DNA of 63,999 nucleotides, the filler included, from Octopus bimaculoides (lineage: Eukaryota): NCBI RefSeq assembly GCF_001194135.2. It is 8 parts of 6 records of this genome, joined end to end, with 100 filler letters (N's around TTAATTAATTAA, not from the genome) between each part and the next. Parts side by side here need not be neighbours in the genome. Positions count along the whole stretch, not along the records: positions 62,829 to 63,999 come from NW_026416417.1; 7 more parts are not named here. The stretch is one strand, 5' to 3'. The notes beneath the pieces were generated by a model. It was given only the letters and a program-made list of their open reading frames with translations, did no database searches and was not told the origin of the DNA. Shown here piece by piece: positions 63,612 to 63,999 of this stretch (positions are counted from its first letter, which is position 1; each line of letters opens with the position of its first letter). A program made the position numbers and the translations under genes.

Positions 63612-63821
63612 TGGTACATGTAAAGCATTAGCAGACACTCAGGGAAGGAAAGAAAGGTGGCTTTTATGTTTCGAGTAAAGCTCTTCTTCAGAAACAGGAG
63701 ACAGGAAAGTCCAATAGAAAAGGAAGATGGAGGAAAAAAATCGCCAACCATTTATGAATCTAACCATAAAAACCACCTTTCTTTCCTTCTGTGAGCATCT
63801 ACTAATACTTTACATGTACCA
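63612..63821. mobile_element. Element with 57-bp inverted arms enclosing a hammerhead-like motif
   Basis: Arms 63612-63668 and 63765-63821. Minus strand 63694-63662 reads TTT-CTGAAGA-A-GAG-cttta-CTC-GAAA-CAT-A-AAA. Confidence 0.7.
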
Positions 63822-63999
63822 TGTCCTTGCATTGTTGTTTTTTTCTGTTTGTTCTTTGTTTTTTCTTTTGGATTTACTATTTACCTCATGCTCACACAGA
63901 CCCCTGACCTTCTGACTGACTTTGGAGTACGTAATTTGCGAAAATTCTGTCTACCATCAGATTACATTACCTTGTTCATTCAGAATATGCCATTTCTGC

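Overview
Eukaryotic, AT-rich, repeat-saturated draft-assembly scaffold. It most likely comes from a coleoid cephalopod such as Octopus; this is inferred from the tRNA-derived SINE families and the extreme (TA/CA/GA/TATG/ATT)n microsatellite load, not confirmed by a search. There is no prokaryotic content, no CRISPR array, no rRNA and no intact tRNA gene. All recognisable protein-coding sequence is decayed transposon: a Ty3/Gypsy protease, a near full-length Tx1-like L1-clade element (2.1-6.1 kb), two RTE-clade LINEs plus fragments, a CR1-like RT, a Penelope-like GIY-YIG tail, several RLE-type (R4/Dong-like and CRE/NeSL-like) fragments tied to (TAA)n arrays, a mariner transposase and Helitron 5' ends. 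Most ORF-track entries are artefacts of N-gaps or microsatellites. Seven identical 44N-TTAATTAATTAA-44N blocks are assembly spacers. The most interesting unexplained signals are (i) three decayed minimal hammerhead-ribozyme-like motifs in non-coding repeats, one exactly at an inverted-repeat breakpoint (Penelope pLTR or retrozyme-like); (ii) seven long hairpins or fold-back elements, two of pre-miRNA size; and (iii) several strong minus-strand splice-site pairs, including a signal-peptide-like exon, suggesting much of the window is intronic to an unidentified host gene. All three are candidates only; no novel system is established from sequence alone.
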